Assembly (NCBI GenBank): GCA_039803305.1
Contig: JBDRYG010000003.1
Location: 1-46,223, forward strand
DNA from: a candidate division WOR-3 bacterium
GTDB taxonomy: Bacteria > Hydrothermota > Hydrothermia > UBA1063
Direction of reading: 5' to 3'
DNA: 46,223 bases
The translations under genes and the position numbers were made by a program. Below are positions 1 through 9,402 of the stretch, piece by piece (the first letter of the stretch is position 1; each line of letters begins with the position of its first letter). The notes beneath the pieces are model-generated. The model was not told the DNA's origin. It did no database searches and saw nothing but the letters and a program-made list of their open reading frames with translations.

Positions 1-123
1 TTTGAAAATGGCACTGTAAGTTTCAAAAAAATTGACTACGATGTGCAAAAATTAATTTCCGAATTTAAAAGAGCAAGAGTACCTGAAAAATACCAGAGAC
101 ACCTATTAGGAGAAATGTCATGA
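1..123 (+). CDS. 3' end of a partial CDS, probably a metallophosphoesterase family protein
   Basis: Frame 1 is open from the window edge: FENGTVSFKKIDYDVQKLISEFKRARVPEKYQRHLLGEMS*. The YD plus helical tail pattern resembles YfcE/MPP C-termini. The stop overlaps the kdsA start (ATGA), with AGGAG upstream. Confidence 0.5.
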   Translation, partial: FENGTVSFKKIDYDVQKLISEFKRARVPEKYQRHLLGEMS

Positions 124-968
124 TAACAAAAACAATAGAAGTCAGGAACATAAAAATCGGTGGTAATAATCCAATTGTATTGATCGCTGGTCCTTGCGTG
201 ATTGAATCAGAGGACTTAGTAATGCGAACCGCTGAGAGTATAAAGAAAATCGCCGAAAAAATGAGAATACCTTTTATTTTCAAGTCATCATACGCAAAGG
301 ACAACAGATCTTCTGTCGACTACTACTACGGACCAGGAGTAGAAAAAGGAGTAAAAATACTTGAAAAAGTCAAACAAAACTTTGATGTCCCGATTCTTTC
401 TGATGTACACTATCCTGATGAAGTTCAAATCGCTGCAGAAGTATTAGATATTATCCAGATTCCTGCTTTCCTCTCTATGCAGACAAGGCTAACCCTCACT
501 GTAGCAAAAACAGGCAAAGTTATAAACGTTAAAAAAGGGCAATTCCTTGCTCCGCAGGATGTTAGAAACATTATTAGAAAAATTGAAAGCACAGGAAACG
601 ATAAAATACTCTTAACGGAAAGGGGAACTTTTTTTGGGTACCACAACCTTATAGTAGATATGAGATCTCTAAAGATAATGCGAGATACAGGCTATCCAGT
701 GGTTTTTGATGTCACTCACACCGTGAGAGTATATGGCATTCCATCCAAAGATCCCCGAGGTGGAAATCCTGAATTTATCTTCCCGCTCGCCAGGGCCGGT
801 GTTGCCACAGGAATAGATGCTATTTTTATAGAGACACATCCAGACCCAGCTACTGCTCTCTCGGATGCATCAAGTATGCTTCCCCTAAATCAGCTCGAAA
901 ACCTGCTAATTCAGGTTAAAAGAATTGACGAAGCAGTGAAAAGTTTTCTTAACGAGGATTATCACTGA
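120..968 (+). CDS. kdsA: 3-deoxy-D-manno-octulosonate 8-phosphate synthase-like protein (metal-dependent type, variant motifs)
   Basis: IAGPCVIES, QIPAFL, NVKKGQFLAP, LTERG, FIETHPDP and SDA motifs. Cys/His/Glu/Asp metal ligands are present. Confidence 0.88.
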   Translation: MITKTIEVRNIKIGGNNPIVLIAGPCVIESEDLVMRTAESIKKIAEKMRIPFIFKSSYAKDNRSSVDYYYGPGVEKGVKILEKVKQNFDVPILSDVHYPDEVQIAAEVLDIIQIPAFLSMQTRLTLTVAKTGKVINVKKGQFLAPQDVRNIIRKIESTGNDKILLTERGTFFGYHNLIVDMRSLKIMRDTGYPVVFDVTHTVRVYGIPSKDPRGGNPEFIFPLARAGVATGIDAIFIETHPDPATALSDASSMLPLNQLENLLIQVKRIDEAVKSFLNEDYH

Positions 969-1302
969 GGTAGAGTGTAATAATACGCCCTTCTTTTACC
1001 AGGATCCCTCCGGGGGGATCAGTCTTGATAACATACATTCCTTTCCCAACTACTTTCCATTTTAAGTTTTTCTCCTTTAAAGCCTCCAACGATTCATCTA
1101 CTACCATTCCGCTTATATAAGGAACTTCAACCAACTTTCTCGACTTTACGTAAAAATTTAGAACCACCTTATCAACAAACAAGAGAGCGATAATATATAG
1201 AACAAGTAGAAAGAAAGCAGTCATTACGGCCTTTAGAAATAATCTTCCGAATTTGGTTGTCAGCAATACTCGAGCGATCCGGTTACTCTCAAATCTCTTC
1301 AT
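949..1302 (-). CDS. Single-pass membrane protein with one PASTA domain
   Basis: TM helix followed by VEVPYISGM..ALEALKEKNL..VIKTDPPGGILVKEGRIITLYLS, a PASTA consensus. Start moved to ATG 1302 (MKRFES) behind an AAAGGGGG SD. Confidence 0.75.
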   Translation of the reverse strand: MKRFESNRIARVLLTTKFGRLFLKAVMTAFFLLVLYIIALLFVDKVVLNFYVKSRKLVEVPYISGMVVDESLEALKEKNLKWKVVGKGMYVIKTDPPGGILVKEGRIITLYLSDNPR

Positions 1303-2104
1303 CTTGCCCCCTTTGTTCTTCCTCAGATATAGGAACCCAATCCATCTCCTCCCTTGTACCATCATTGAACTCAAGGATTATTTTCCTTGCCACATAGTTA
1401 ATTTCTTTCACTATGCCAGGTCCCCTATCAGTCTCAATTATAGCTCCAGGTTCTGGAAAATGTGACTTTAGCTCTCGGTAGTACTCAAGTTCATATCTGA
1501 GACAACATCTTAATCTTCCACATATACCCGAAATCCTATCAGGCGAAGCAAAAATAAACTGTTCCTTAGCCATCTCAAGTGTAACGGAGGGTAAACTACT
1601 TAAAAATCTCTTACAGCATATTTCAAATCCGCAGATACCTACCCCACCAGTTTGCCTTGCGAGATCTCTTGCACCTATTTGCTTAAACTCAACCCTCACA
1701 TGCAAAATCTTTGATAGACCGGCAGCCACCTTATCCATTTTCAATTTTCGGTCTGCTGTAAAGGTAAAAGTCACGATCCCCCTTGCTATATCAAATTCCT
1801 CATTCACTATTTTAACGTCCCTCAAGTTATTTTCAAATAAAAAACCTTTTGTAATTCTTTTCATTACATTAATGACCTCATCATTTCCGGCAATTCTGAA
1901 CCTATCAAGAATAACACTGGCATCCTTGTTCGAATAATTCCTGACCTTAACAAGAATCTCACCTTCAATGTCTGGCCGTTTCATAAAGATGTAACTCCCA
2001 GGTGAAAGATCAACCTGATAAGGGATGTGAACAATATCAAACCCTCCACCTATAACTGAGATCTCAATTGTATTTTTCTTTTCCCCTTTTCGAAACTTTT
2101 GCAT
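1289..2104 (-). CDS. ricT: PSP1/RicT (YaaT) family Fe-S protein
   Basis: RVEFKQIGARD, GGVGICGFEICC and ISGICGRLRCCLRYE cysteine motifs of the PSP1 C-terminal domain. Confidence 0.85.
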   Translation of the reverse strand: MQKFRKGEKKNTIEISVIGGGFDIVHIPYQVDLSPGSYIFMKRPDIEGEILVKVRNYSNKDASVILDRFRIAGNDEVINVMKRITKGFLFENNLRDVKIVNEEFDIARGIVTFTFTADRKLKMDKVAAGLSKILHVRVEFKQIGARDLARQTGGVGICGFEICCKRFLSSLPSVTLEMAKEQFIFASPDRISGICGRLRCCLRYELEYYRELKSHFPEPGAIIETDRGPGIVKEINYVARKIILEFNDGTREEMDWVPISEEEQRGQDEEI

Positions 2105-4106
2105 TTTTCAACCCCTCAATTTCACCTTTTAGTTTTTTAATTGCATCTCTATATTTTGCAGCCTTTTCGAAGTCCAATAAACTGGCACTCTCGAACATAC
2201 GCCTTTCAAGTTCCTCTATAACGTCAAAGACAGTTAGAGAGCGTCTTAGTTCAGCCACCTCCTGTTCTATATCTATCTCTTCCCTTTTGAGGACCCTCTC
2301 GTCAGCAATAATTGTAGTTCGGAGAATTTCTTCCTGAGTTTTTTTAATAGTTTGCGGGATTATACCGTGCTCCTCATTATATTTAATTTGGATTTCACGC
2401 CTTCTTTTTGTCTCAGCAATCGCTCTCTTCATTGCTTCAGTTATTGTGTCCGCGTAGAGTATTACCTTCCCACAGGCATTCCGAGCAGCCCTTCCAGCGG
2501 TCTGTATCAATGCAGTTTCGGATCTTAAAAAGCCTGTTTTATCGGCATCTGTTATTATAACAAGAGAGACTTCAGGAAGATCCAAGCCCTCTCTCAATAA
2601 ATTCACACCTACTAATACATCAAATTCTCCAAGGCGAAGTCCTCTTATTATCTCAACTCTCTCAAGGGCATCAATTTCTGAATGCAGATATTTCACTCTG
2701 AAGCCCATTGAGGTTAAATATTCTGCTAAGTCTTCAGCAGTCCTCTTTGTAAGCGTAGTGATTAAGACACGCTCATTTCTCTCCACAACCCCCTTAATTT
2801 CACCTATCATATCCTCTACTTGATTTTCTGAAGGCTTCACTACTATTTCGGGATCTACAAGGCCTGTTGGCCTTATTATCTGTTCAACTACGATTCCACC
2901 TGATTTTTTAACTTCAAACTCTGCAGGCGTTGCGGAAACGAATAAAACCTTATCCCAAAGTTTTTCAATCTCCTCAAACTTCAAAGGCCTATTGTCAAGA
3001 GCACTGGGGAGCCTAAACCCATATTCCACCAAAGTCTCTTTTCTTGATCGATCTCCATTGTACATAGCCATCAATTGAGGTATGGTAACATGAGATTCAT
3101 CGATAATCATAAGGTAATCACGCGGGAAATAATCAAGAAGACAGAAAGGCCTTTCACCAGGTTTTCGACCCGAAAGATGTCTTGAGTAGTTTTCTATTCC
3201 GGGACAATATCCTACCTCCCGCAGCATTTCAAGATCAAATTTGGTTCTCCTCTCCAGCCTCTGAGCTTCCAATATCTTTCCCTGGGAATATAGCTCTTTT
3301 AACCTTTGCTCGAGTTCTTCCTCTATGGATTTGATTGCATTTTCAAGTTTTGGTTTCGTTGTGACCCAGTGCCCTGCTGGATAAATTACGATTCTATCAC
3401 GGCTTCCCAAAGTTTTATTGGTAACTGGATCTAAAACTTTAATAGACTCAACAACCCCACTTGGTGCTTCAATTCTAACAATATACTCCTCGTATGCTGG
3501 AATTAAATCAAGCCTTCCACCCCTAACACGGAAATTACCTCTCTTAAGCTCAATATCATTTCTGGTGTACTGAAGTTCCACAAGGCGATCAACAAGAGAT
3601 CGCATGTTAATCTCCTGACCTTTCTCCAAGAATATAAAAAGTTCCCTGATATCCTCTGGATCACCAAGGCCGTAGATGGCTGAAACTGATGCAACAACTA
3701 TCACATCTTCTCGTTCCATTAGCGCCGATGTTGTTCTCAACCTTAATCTCTCTATGTCTTCATTGATATCAGCCTCCTTTTCAATGTAAGTATCTGTTTC
3801 AGGGATGTAAGCTTCAGGTAAGTAGTAATCATAATATGAAATAAAGTACTCTACTGCATTATGGGGAAAAAGACTTTTAAATTCTCCGAAAAGCTGTGCT
3901 GCAAGTGTTTTATTATGAGAAATCACAATAGTTGGCCTTCCAAGCTCCTTTATTACGTGGGCCATTGTAAAAGTTTTACCAGAACCGGTTACACCTAAAA
4001 GTACCTGGAATTTAACGCCTCTTTTAAAATTGTCGACTATTTCCCGGATTGCCTTTGGTTGGTCACCTCGCGGAACTAAATTTGTTACAAGTTCAAAATT
4101 TGCCAT
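2064..4106 (-). CDS. uvrB: Excinuclease ABC subunit B
   Basis: GDQPKAI, LGVTGSGKT, YYDYYLPEAY hairpin, IDESH, NLLREGLDLPEVSLV, C-terminal UVR domain (LDFEKAAKYRD). Confidence 0.98.
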   Translation of the reverse strand: MANFELVTNLVPRGDQPKAIREIVDNFKRGVKFQVLLGVTGSGKTFTMAHVIKELGRPTIVISHNKTLAAQLFGEFKSLFPHNAVEYFISYYDYYLPEAYIPETDTYIEKEADINEDIERLRLRTTSALMEREDVIVVASVSAIYGLGDPEDIRELFIFLEKGQEINMRSLVDRLVELQYTRNDIELKRGNFRVRGGRLDLIPAYEEYIVRIEAPSGVVESIKVLDPVTNKTLGSRDRIVIYPAGHWVTTKPKLENAIKSIEEELEQRLKELYSQGKILEAQRLERRTKFDLEMLREVGYCPGIENYSRHLSGRKPGERPFCLLDYFPRDYLMIIDESHVTIPQLMAMYNGDRSRKETLVEYGFRLPSALDNRPLKFEEIEKLWDKVLFVSATPAEFEVKKSGGIVVEQIIRPTGLVDPEIVVKPSENQVEDMIGEIKGVVERNERVLITTLTKRTAEDLAEYLTSMGFRVKYLHSEIDALERVEIIRGLRLGEFDVLVGVNLLREGLDLPEVSLVIITDADKTGFLRSETALIQTAGRAARNACGKVILYADTITEAMKRAIAETKRRREIQIKYNEEHGIIPQTIKKTQEEILRTTIIADERVLKREEIDIEQEVAELRRSLTVFDVIEELERRMFESASLLDFEKAAKYRDAIKKLKGEIEGLKNAKVSKRGKEKYN

Positions 4107-4141
4107 ATTTTAATTTTAAAGCGAAATACGCTATTTTTCAA
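4107..4141 (-). promoter_or_regulatory. Sigma70-like promoter of uvrB, probably leaderless
   Basis: Minus strand TTGAAA-N17-TAAAAT-N6-ATG, no SD. Confidence 0.65.
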
Positions 4142-4155
4142 TGCTGGCAAAAGTT

Positions 4156-4183
4156 TTGATTTACAGGATTAAGGAATTAAAAT
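4156..4183 (+). promoter_or_regulatory. Sigma70-like promoter of the protease-pfkA-fba-pcrA-yitT unit (divergent from uvrB)
   Basis: TTGATT-N16-TAAAAT, followed by an AAGGATGGTG SD-like sequence before GTG 4209. Confidence 0.5.
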
Positions 4184-4208
4184 TTAAAAACTAAAAGGAT
4201 GGTGAAAA

Positions 4209-7200
4209 GTGTTGTGGAGTTTAGTATTAATTTCAAGTTTTCTTGGTCTAAGAGAAATAGAATATATCAGAAACCGACAGGTTCAGATAGTGCCACAAAT
4301 TTCAAGAGAGGCAAGGATACAGGAGAGAATTAGAAGATTTAGAAGTCAAGGTCCTGAGTTTCATCCTCAAATTAACAAAACTTCAAGGTTTTCTAAACTT
4401 GGACCAAAAGATCAAATTGTAATGCGTGTATTAGCATTAAGAGTCGAATTCGAGGAAGAAAGGCCAGATAACCCAAAGACCACCGGGACAGGAAAGTTTA
4501 AAATGGAATCTAATGGAGAGAATCCAATCCTTGGCCTTGACTGTAGCGGAAGACCTTATTACAATCCTTTTTACGATCCCCCACATGATTGGACCTACTT
4601 CAATAATCAGATGCTTGCTTTATCGTCGTATGTTTATGCTGCAACATACGGTAAAGTGAGACTCGAATGGGTTGTTAAACCCGATTCAGGCCTTCCACCT
4701 TACAAAGTTCCACATCCCATATCCTATTATGGTGACACTTCTCAGATGGAACTGGGACTTGTTACCTTCATGAGAGATGCTTTCAGAGCAGCCGATAAAG
4801 ACCCAACTATCAGTTTTGAGGATTTAGATAACAATGGAATTAAGGACTACATGGAGGGTATATGGGTCAGATACATCATTTTCCATGCTGGATCTGCCTG
4901 GCAAACGGATATTGCTATGGATACACCATACGACCTTGCTGCAGTTACAATACCTCCTGGTGCTCTTGAATATTACCTTGGAAGGGGGTACTTAGTTCTC
5001 AATGAAGGAAGGGATACTGTTTATGATGCCTGTATTCTACCTGAGACGATGTCCCAGGATGGTGTTGAAATAAAACTTCAAGGTACATTATTTCATGAAA
5101 GTGGACACAACCTGTTCTTATTGCCCGATCTTTATGACACTTATGGACGAGGAGCTGGTATAGGTGCGTTTGGAATTATGACCACAGCACCATATCTTGA
5201 CGCCGTTGGTATTCCCGGCGGTTTAATACCACCAATGCCCAACGCTTGGGAACGAATGTTTATGGATTTTGTACTCAGGCTTGTCTATGGTGAGGGCTTT
5301 TTAGACGACAGAATACTTTTAGAAGTTCCACCTACACATCTACCACAAGAGGTGAAAATCCATCCTCTTACAGTTCCTGTTGATTCCTTTACCGTCCATA
5401 AGAGCAGCAGTGGACTTTACTTTGTTTCTGCAAACTTCCTCGAAGACCCATATTCAAAGAAGCGAATTATTAAGATCCCAATCAACTCGAGAGAATATTA
5501 CCTTATTCAAAATATCGAGACTAATTCGCCGGTAAACGATTATGTTTCCTGTGGAGACACCATCAAGGTTTCAGGCAAATGGAGAAACGGAGTTGTTACG
5601 GATTTTAGCGGTGAAAACGACTTTCTTTTACCAGGAGATGGGCTTTTGGTGTTGCATATTGACGAAAAAATAATATGGGACAACTACGCCTATAACACCA
5701 TAAACGCAGTTCGACCTATGGGGGTTTATGTACTAGAAGCAGATCATGTCCAAGATTTTCAGCGATTTAACTGGGATCTCTCGCCCTACGCTTATTGCTG
5801 GTTTGGTAGTCCATATGACCTGTACTTTAAGGGCAACAATGAAATTTTATCATCAACAACTTTACCATCTACCCGCGACAACTTTGGCAATAGGACTGGA
5901 ATAAGAATATACGATATATCCGAAAAAGGACATGAAATGAGTTTCAAAATTGTTCTTGATAAAGCTCTTCCTCCATTTCCATTGAGGATAGGTTATGCAC
6001 TCATTGATTCATCAAATACAATGATGCTTTTTAATGAGGCGAACCAGAGTTACCTGGAGTCCACTGATTCTTTTCTCATAGTATTGCAAAACATTTATAC
6101 TAAAAGAGTTAACATAACAAGCTTTGACACAACAAAGATTGATTCCTTCGGGCTTATTTCAGTCATAACGAAAAGTGGAAACATAATCTGGCAGGACACA
6201 GCAAGAGGCATAAAATTCACGGAGATTCCAGCGGTTGGAGATATAAATGATGATGGCTACCCAGAATTTGTGTGTGCAACAAATAAGAGACGACTTTTGT
6301 TGTATTCCATAAACGATGTTGGTGGGGATTTAAGATTAAATTTAAAATTTGACATATTTTTGCCCGAATCTATCGTTAGTGTTCCCTCCATCTTAGAATT
6401 TGGCGGACAAAAATTCATTGGGTGCGGAACTTATGATCATAACTACTACTTAATTGACACTACTGGCAGAAGAATTTATTCCCTTGATACCGGCGCTCCT
6501 GCAGAAAATACTCCTGCATCAACTGAGCATCAACTCTTTTATCAGAGTGTCGATGGAAGGGTCTTAATACTGACAGACCGATGGGAAATTTATTCCTATG
6601 GAGAATCAAGCCTAAAGCCGTCTCTTGCCACGCCTGCCCTCAAACACGACACTACTAACAATAAGCTTCTTCTAATAACAGCCACTGGAAATGGAAATCT
6701 CGCGATCTACGACGAATCAGGTACAGTTTTAAAATCAAAAATGGGTATTCCATACCCTGTACTGGGAATCGCATTGGGTGATGTTGATGGAGATGGATAT
6801 ATGGATCAATGTTTTATTGCATCAAACTATTTAATTGCTACAAATTCAGAACTTGCACTTTTAAGCGGTTTCCCAATAAGACTTGACACATCATACACCT
6901 ATTTTCAGCCACTTACAGCCGATATTGACAATGATGGCAGAGAAGAAATAATCCTTCCATCATCTAACGGTATTCATGTACACGGGTATCTACAGGACAA
7001 TCTAACTAATTACTTCCCGGTTGGGAAGGGAATCAATTCATGTGCGTCTATTACTGACCTTAACGCAGACGGCAAATTAGAGCTTACATACATTACATCC
7101 GATGGCTACATATATGTTCAAGAGCTAAATAGCACAAAATCAACTTGGAGACATTTTGGACTTAACTCTAAGCACAATCCATTTTTTATCGAGTCAATGA

Positions 7201-7502
7201 AGGGAGGTAACTTTGAGGAAGAAATATCACTATTCTACATATATCCGAACCCTGTCTTCACACCCAGTTTTAACCTTAGATTTAAAGCACCAAGGAGAGG
7301 CGAATTAACCGTTACAATCTACAACTTTGCTGGAAGTAAAAAGAAGAATTATAAGTTTAGTTTCAACGGTGGAGTAATCGAGGAGAAAACCATTTTAATA
7401 GATGATCTCGGTCCGGATATCTACACAATAAACGCCGTTTTCGATTTAGGAGACAAAAAGATTATAAAAAAGTTCAGGTTTACAGTAACAAAGAGGGATT
7501 AA
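4209..7502 (+). CDS. Secreted M6 (immune inhibitor A-like) zinc metallopeptidase with FG-GAP/VCBS repeats and a T9SS-type C-terminal domain
   Basis: IIFHAG, HESGHNLFLLPDLYD (HExxH..LPDLYD), GLLVLHIDE, EAD. Repeats GDINDDGYPE, GDVDGDGYMD, ADIDNDGREE, TDLNADGKLE. C-terminal YIYPNP..IYN..G..IY..KKFRFTVTK. Confidence 0.85.
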   Translation: MLWSLVLISSFLGLREIEYIRNRQVQIVPQISREARIQERIRRFRSQGPEFHPQINKTSRFSKLGPKDQIVMRVLALRVEFEEERPDNPKTTGTGKFKMESNGENPILGLDCSGRPYYNPFYDPPHDWTYFNNQMLALSSYVYAATYGKVRLEWVVKPDSGLPPYKVPHPISYYGDTSQMELGLVTFMRDAFRAADKDPTISFEDLDNNGIKDYMEGIWVRYIIFHAGSAWQTDIAMDTPYDLAAVTIPPGALEYYLGRGYLVLNEGRDTVYDACILPETMSQDGVEIKLQGTLFHESGHNLFLLPDLYDTYGRGAGIGAFGIMTTAPYLDAVGIPGGLIPPMPNAWERMFMDFVLRLVYGEGFLDDRILLEVPPTHLPQEVKIHPLTVPVDSFTVHKSSSGLYFVSANFLEDPYSKKRIIKIPINSREYYLIQNIETNSPVNDYVSCGDTIKVSGKWRNGVVTDFSGENDFLLPGDGLLVLHIDEKIIWDNYAYNTINAVRPMGVYVLEADHVQDFQRFNWDLSPYAYCWFGSPYDLYFKGNNEILSSTTLPSTRDNFGNRTGIRIYDISEKGHEMSFKIVLDKALPPFPLRIGYALIDSSNTMMLFNEANQSYLESTDSFLIVLQNIYTKRVNITSFDTTKIDSFGLISVITKSGNIIWQDTARGIKFTEIPAVGDINDDGYPEFVCATNKRRLLLYSINDVGGDLRLNLKFDIFLPESIVSVPSILEFGGQKFIGCGTYDHNYYLIDTTGRRIYSLDTGAPAENTPASTEHQLFYQSVDGRVLILTDRWEIYSYGESSLKPSLATPALKHDTTNNKLLLITATGNGNLAIYDESGTVLKSKMGIPYPVLGIALGDVDGDGYMDQCFIASNYLIATNSELALLSGFPIRLDTSYTYFQPLTADIDNDGREEIILPSSNGIHVHGYLQDNLTNYFPVGKGINSCASITDLNADGKLELTYITSDGYIYVQELNSTKSTWRHFGLNSKHNPFFIESMKGGNFEEEISLFYIYPNPVFTPSFNLRFKAPRRGELTVTIYNFAGSKKKNYKFSFNGGVIEEKTILIDDLGPDIYTINAVFDLGDKKIIKKFRFTVTKRD

Positions 7503-7504
7503 AC

Positions 7505-8479
7505 ATGGAAATTAAAAAAATTGGCTTAATAACAGCAGGTGGTGATGCCCCGGGGATGAACCCGTGTCTTAGGTTCTTAATAAAAGGGCTAATTGACGAA
7601 AATTATGAAGTTTTCGGGATCTACAGAGGTTTCAAAGGAATAATAGAGAAAAACTACCAGAAATTAACTAAGAAAGATGCAGGCGGAATTATAGAAAAAG
7701 GTGGTACTATCTTAGGGACTTCCAGATACCCCGATTTTGTCAACAAGGAAGTTCAGAAAAAAGCCGTTAAGAATCTTGAAGAGATGGGTATCGATGCGAT
7801 TGTTGTTATTGGTGGCGATGGTTCTATGCACGGTGCATATGCTCTAAGCCAGATGGGAGTTAATGTTATTGGAATACCTGCGTCTATTGACAATGATATA
7901 TACGGTACTGATGAAACGCTTGGCGCAGATACGTCGCTAAACACAATCGTGAAATCTATTGATATAATCAAAGATACTGCTTCCTCCCATGATCGTGCTT
8001 TTATAATAGAAGTTATGGGGCATACATCGGGATTTCTGGCCCTTAATGCCTCAATCACGACCGGTGCTGAAGCCTGTTTCATACCAGAATATGAGACGGA
8101 TGTAGATGAAGTGGTAAGGAGACTAAATCAGAGATATGTGGAAGGGAAGTCCAACTCCATCATCGTTGTCGCAGAGGGGTATGCTTCGGGATATAAAGTT
8201 AAGGAAATACTTGAGAAAAAGGGATGCAAATACGAACTAAGAGTCACGGTTCTTGGTCATCTGCAGCGTGGTGGGTCTCCCACCTTTAAAGACAGAAAAC
8301 TTGCACTGGAATTTGCTACCCATTGTATCCAGCTAATTAAAGAGAAAACATTTGGTATCATGACCATATCAAAAAACGGAAAAATCTCACACATCCCCTT
8401 AAAAGAAGTAGTTTCCCATAAGAAAACCCTCGACGAAAACCTCTTGAAGATGATGGATACGATTAAGTGGGAGGATTAA
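7505..8479 (+). CDS. pfkA: ATP-dependent 6-phosphofructokinase
   Basis: GGDAPGMN, GGTILGTSR, IGGDGS (Gly, ATP type), PASIDND, LGHLQRGGSP. Confidence 0.95.
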   Translation: MEIKKIGLITAGGDAPGMNPCLRFLIKGLIDENYEVFGIYRGFKGIIEKNYQKLTKKDAGGIIEKGGTILGTSRYPDFVNKEVQKKAVKNLEEMGIDAIVVIGGDGSMHGAYALSQMGVNVIGIPASIDNDIYGTDETLGADTSLNTIVKSIDIIKDTASSHDRAFIIEVMGHTSGFLALNASITTGAEACFIPEYETDVDEVVRRLNQRYVEGKSNSIIVVAEGYASGYKVKEILEKKGCKYELRVTVLGHLQRGGSPTFKDRKLALEFATHCIQLIKEKTFGIMTISKNGKISHIPLKEVVSHKKTLDENLLKMMDTIKWED

Positions 8480-8480
8480 C

Positions 8481-9398
8481 ATGCCACTTGTTTCCATGGG
8501 TGAGTTATTAAGGGATGCAGAAATCAGTGGGTATGCAATCGGTGCCTTTAACATAAACAATTTAGAATTCTTCCAAGCAATAATGGAAGCAGCAGAAGAA
8601 GAAAGATCACCCGTAATAATTGCTGTTTCAGAAGGTGCTATAAAATACGCAGGTATAGAGTTCATTAGAGCAATTATAGAAGCAGGGAAAATACGATATA
8701 ACATCCCATTTGCCTTGCATCTCGATCATGGAAAAAAGATAGAGTCTATTCTTTTAGCCTTAAGGAATGGGTTTACTTCGGTTATGATTGATGCATCTGA
8801 AGCTCCTTTTGATGAAAATGTGGCTCTTACAAAGAAAGTTGTTGAAATTTGTAAACCTCTGAACATCACTGTGGAAGCAGAACTTGGAAGACTTGCAGGA
8901 AAAGAAGAAGATATAGAAAGTAAAGAGGCCATTTATACCGACCCCGAAGACGCTTTAAAATTTGTAGAAATTACTTCGTGCGACGCTTTGGCAGTTGCCG
9001 TAGGGACATCCCACGGTGCTTACAAGTTTAAAGGAGAACCGAAAATCGACATTGAAAGAATCTACAGGATTAAGAAACTTGTAAATATACCCCTAGTGTT
9101 GCACGGCGCCTCCGGTGTGTCAGAGGAGATGGTAAAAGAAGCGAATACACTGGGATACAACCTTAAAGGAGCTAAGGGAGTTCCAGATGAAGAGATTAGA
9201 GAAGCTATCAAAGCCGGGATAAGAAAAATAAACATCGATACTGATCTAAGAATAAGTTTCTTAATAGGATTTCAAAAGGCAATAAAAGAAAATCCCTCGG
9301 AAATAGATATCAGGTTGCATTTAAAATCAGGTAAAAAATATGTAAAAGAAAAAGTTAGGGAAAAAATCAAATTATTTGGATCAGCTGCAAAAGCGTAA
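8481..9398 (+). CDS. fba: Class II fructose-1,6-bisphosphate aldolase
   Basis: GAFNINN, LHLDHG, SVMIDAS, VEAELG, GTSHGAYK, LVLHGASG, KINIDTD. Confidence 0.95.
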   Translation: MPLVSMGELLRDAEISGYAIGAFNINNLEFFQAIMEAAEEERSPVIIAVSEGAIKYAGIEFIRAIIEAGKIRYNIPFALHLDHGKKIESILLALRNGFTSVMIDASEAPFDENVALTKKVVEICKPLNITVEAELGRLAGKEEDIESKEAIYTDPEDALKFVEITSCDALAVAVGTSHGAYKFKGEPKIDIERIYRIKKLVNIPLVLHGASGVSEEMVKEANTLGYNLKGAKGVPDEEIREAIKAGIRKINIDTDLRISFLIGFQKAIKENPSEIDIRLHLKSGKKYVKEKVREKIKLFGSAAKA

Positions 9399-9402
9399 AC
9401 CG

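Noticed and set aside
4120-4132. AGCG-N5-CGCT inverted repeat in the uvrB promoter spacer as an SOS-type operator
   Set aside because: Only 4-bp arms, no match to LexA boxes I know, and no second copy noticed before other repair genes.
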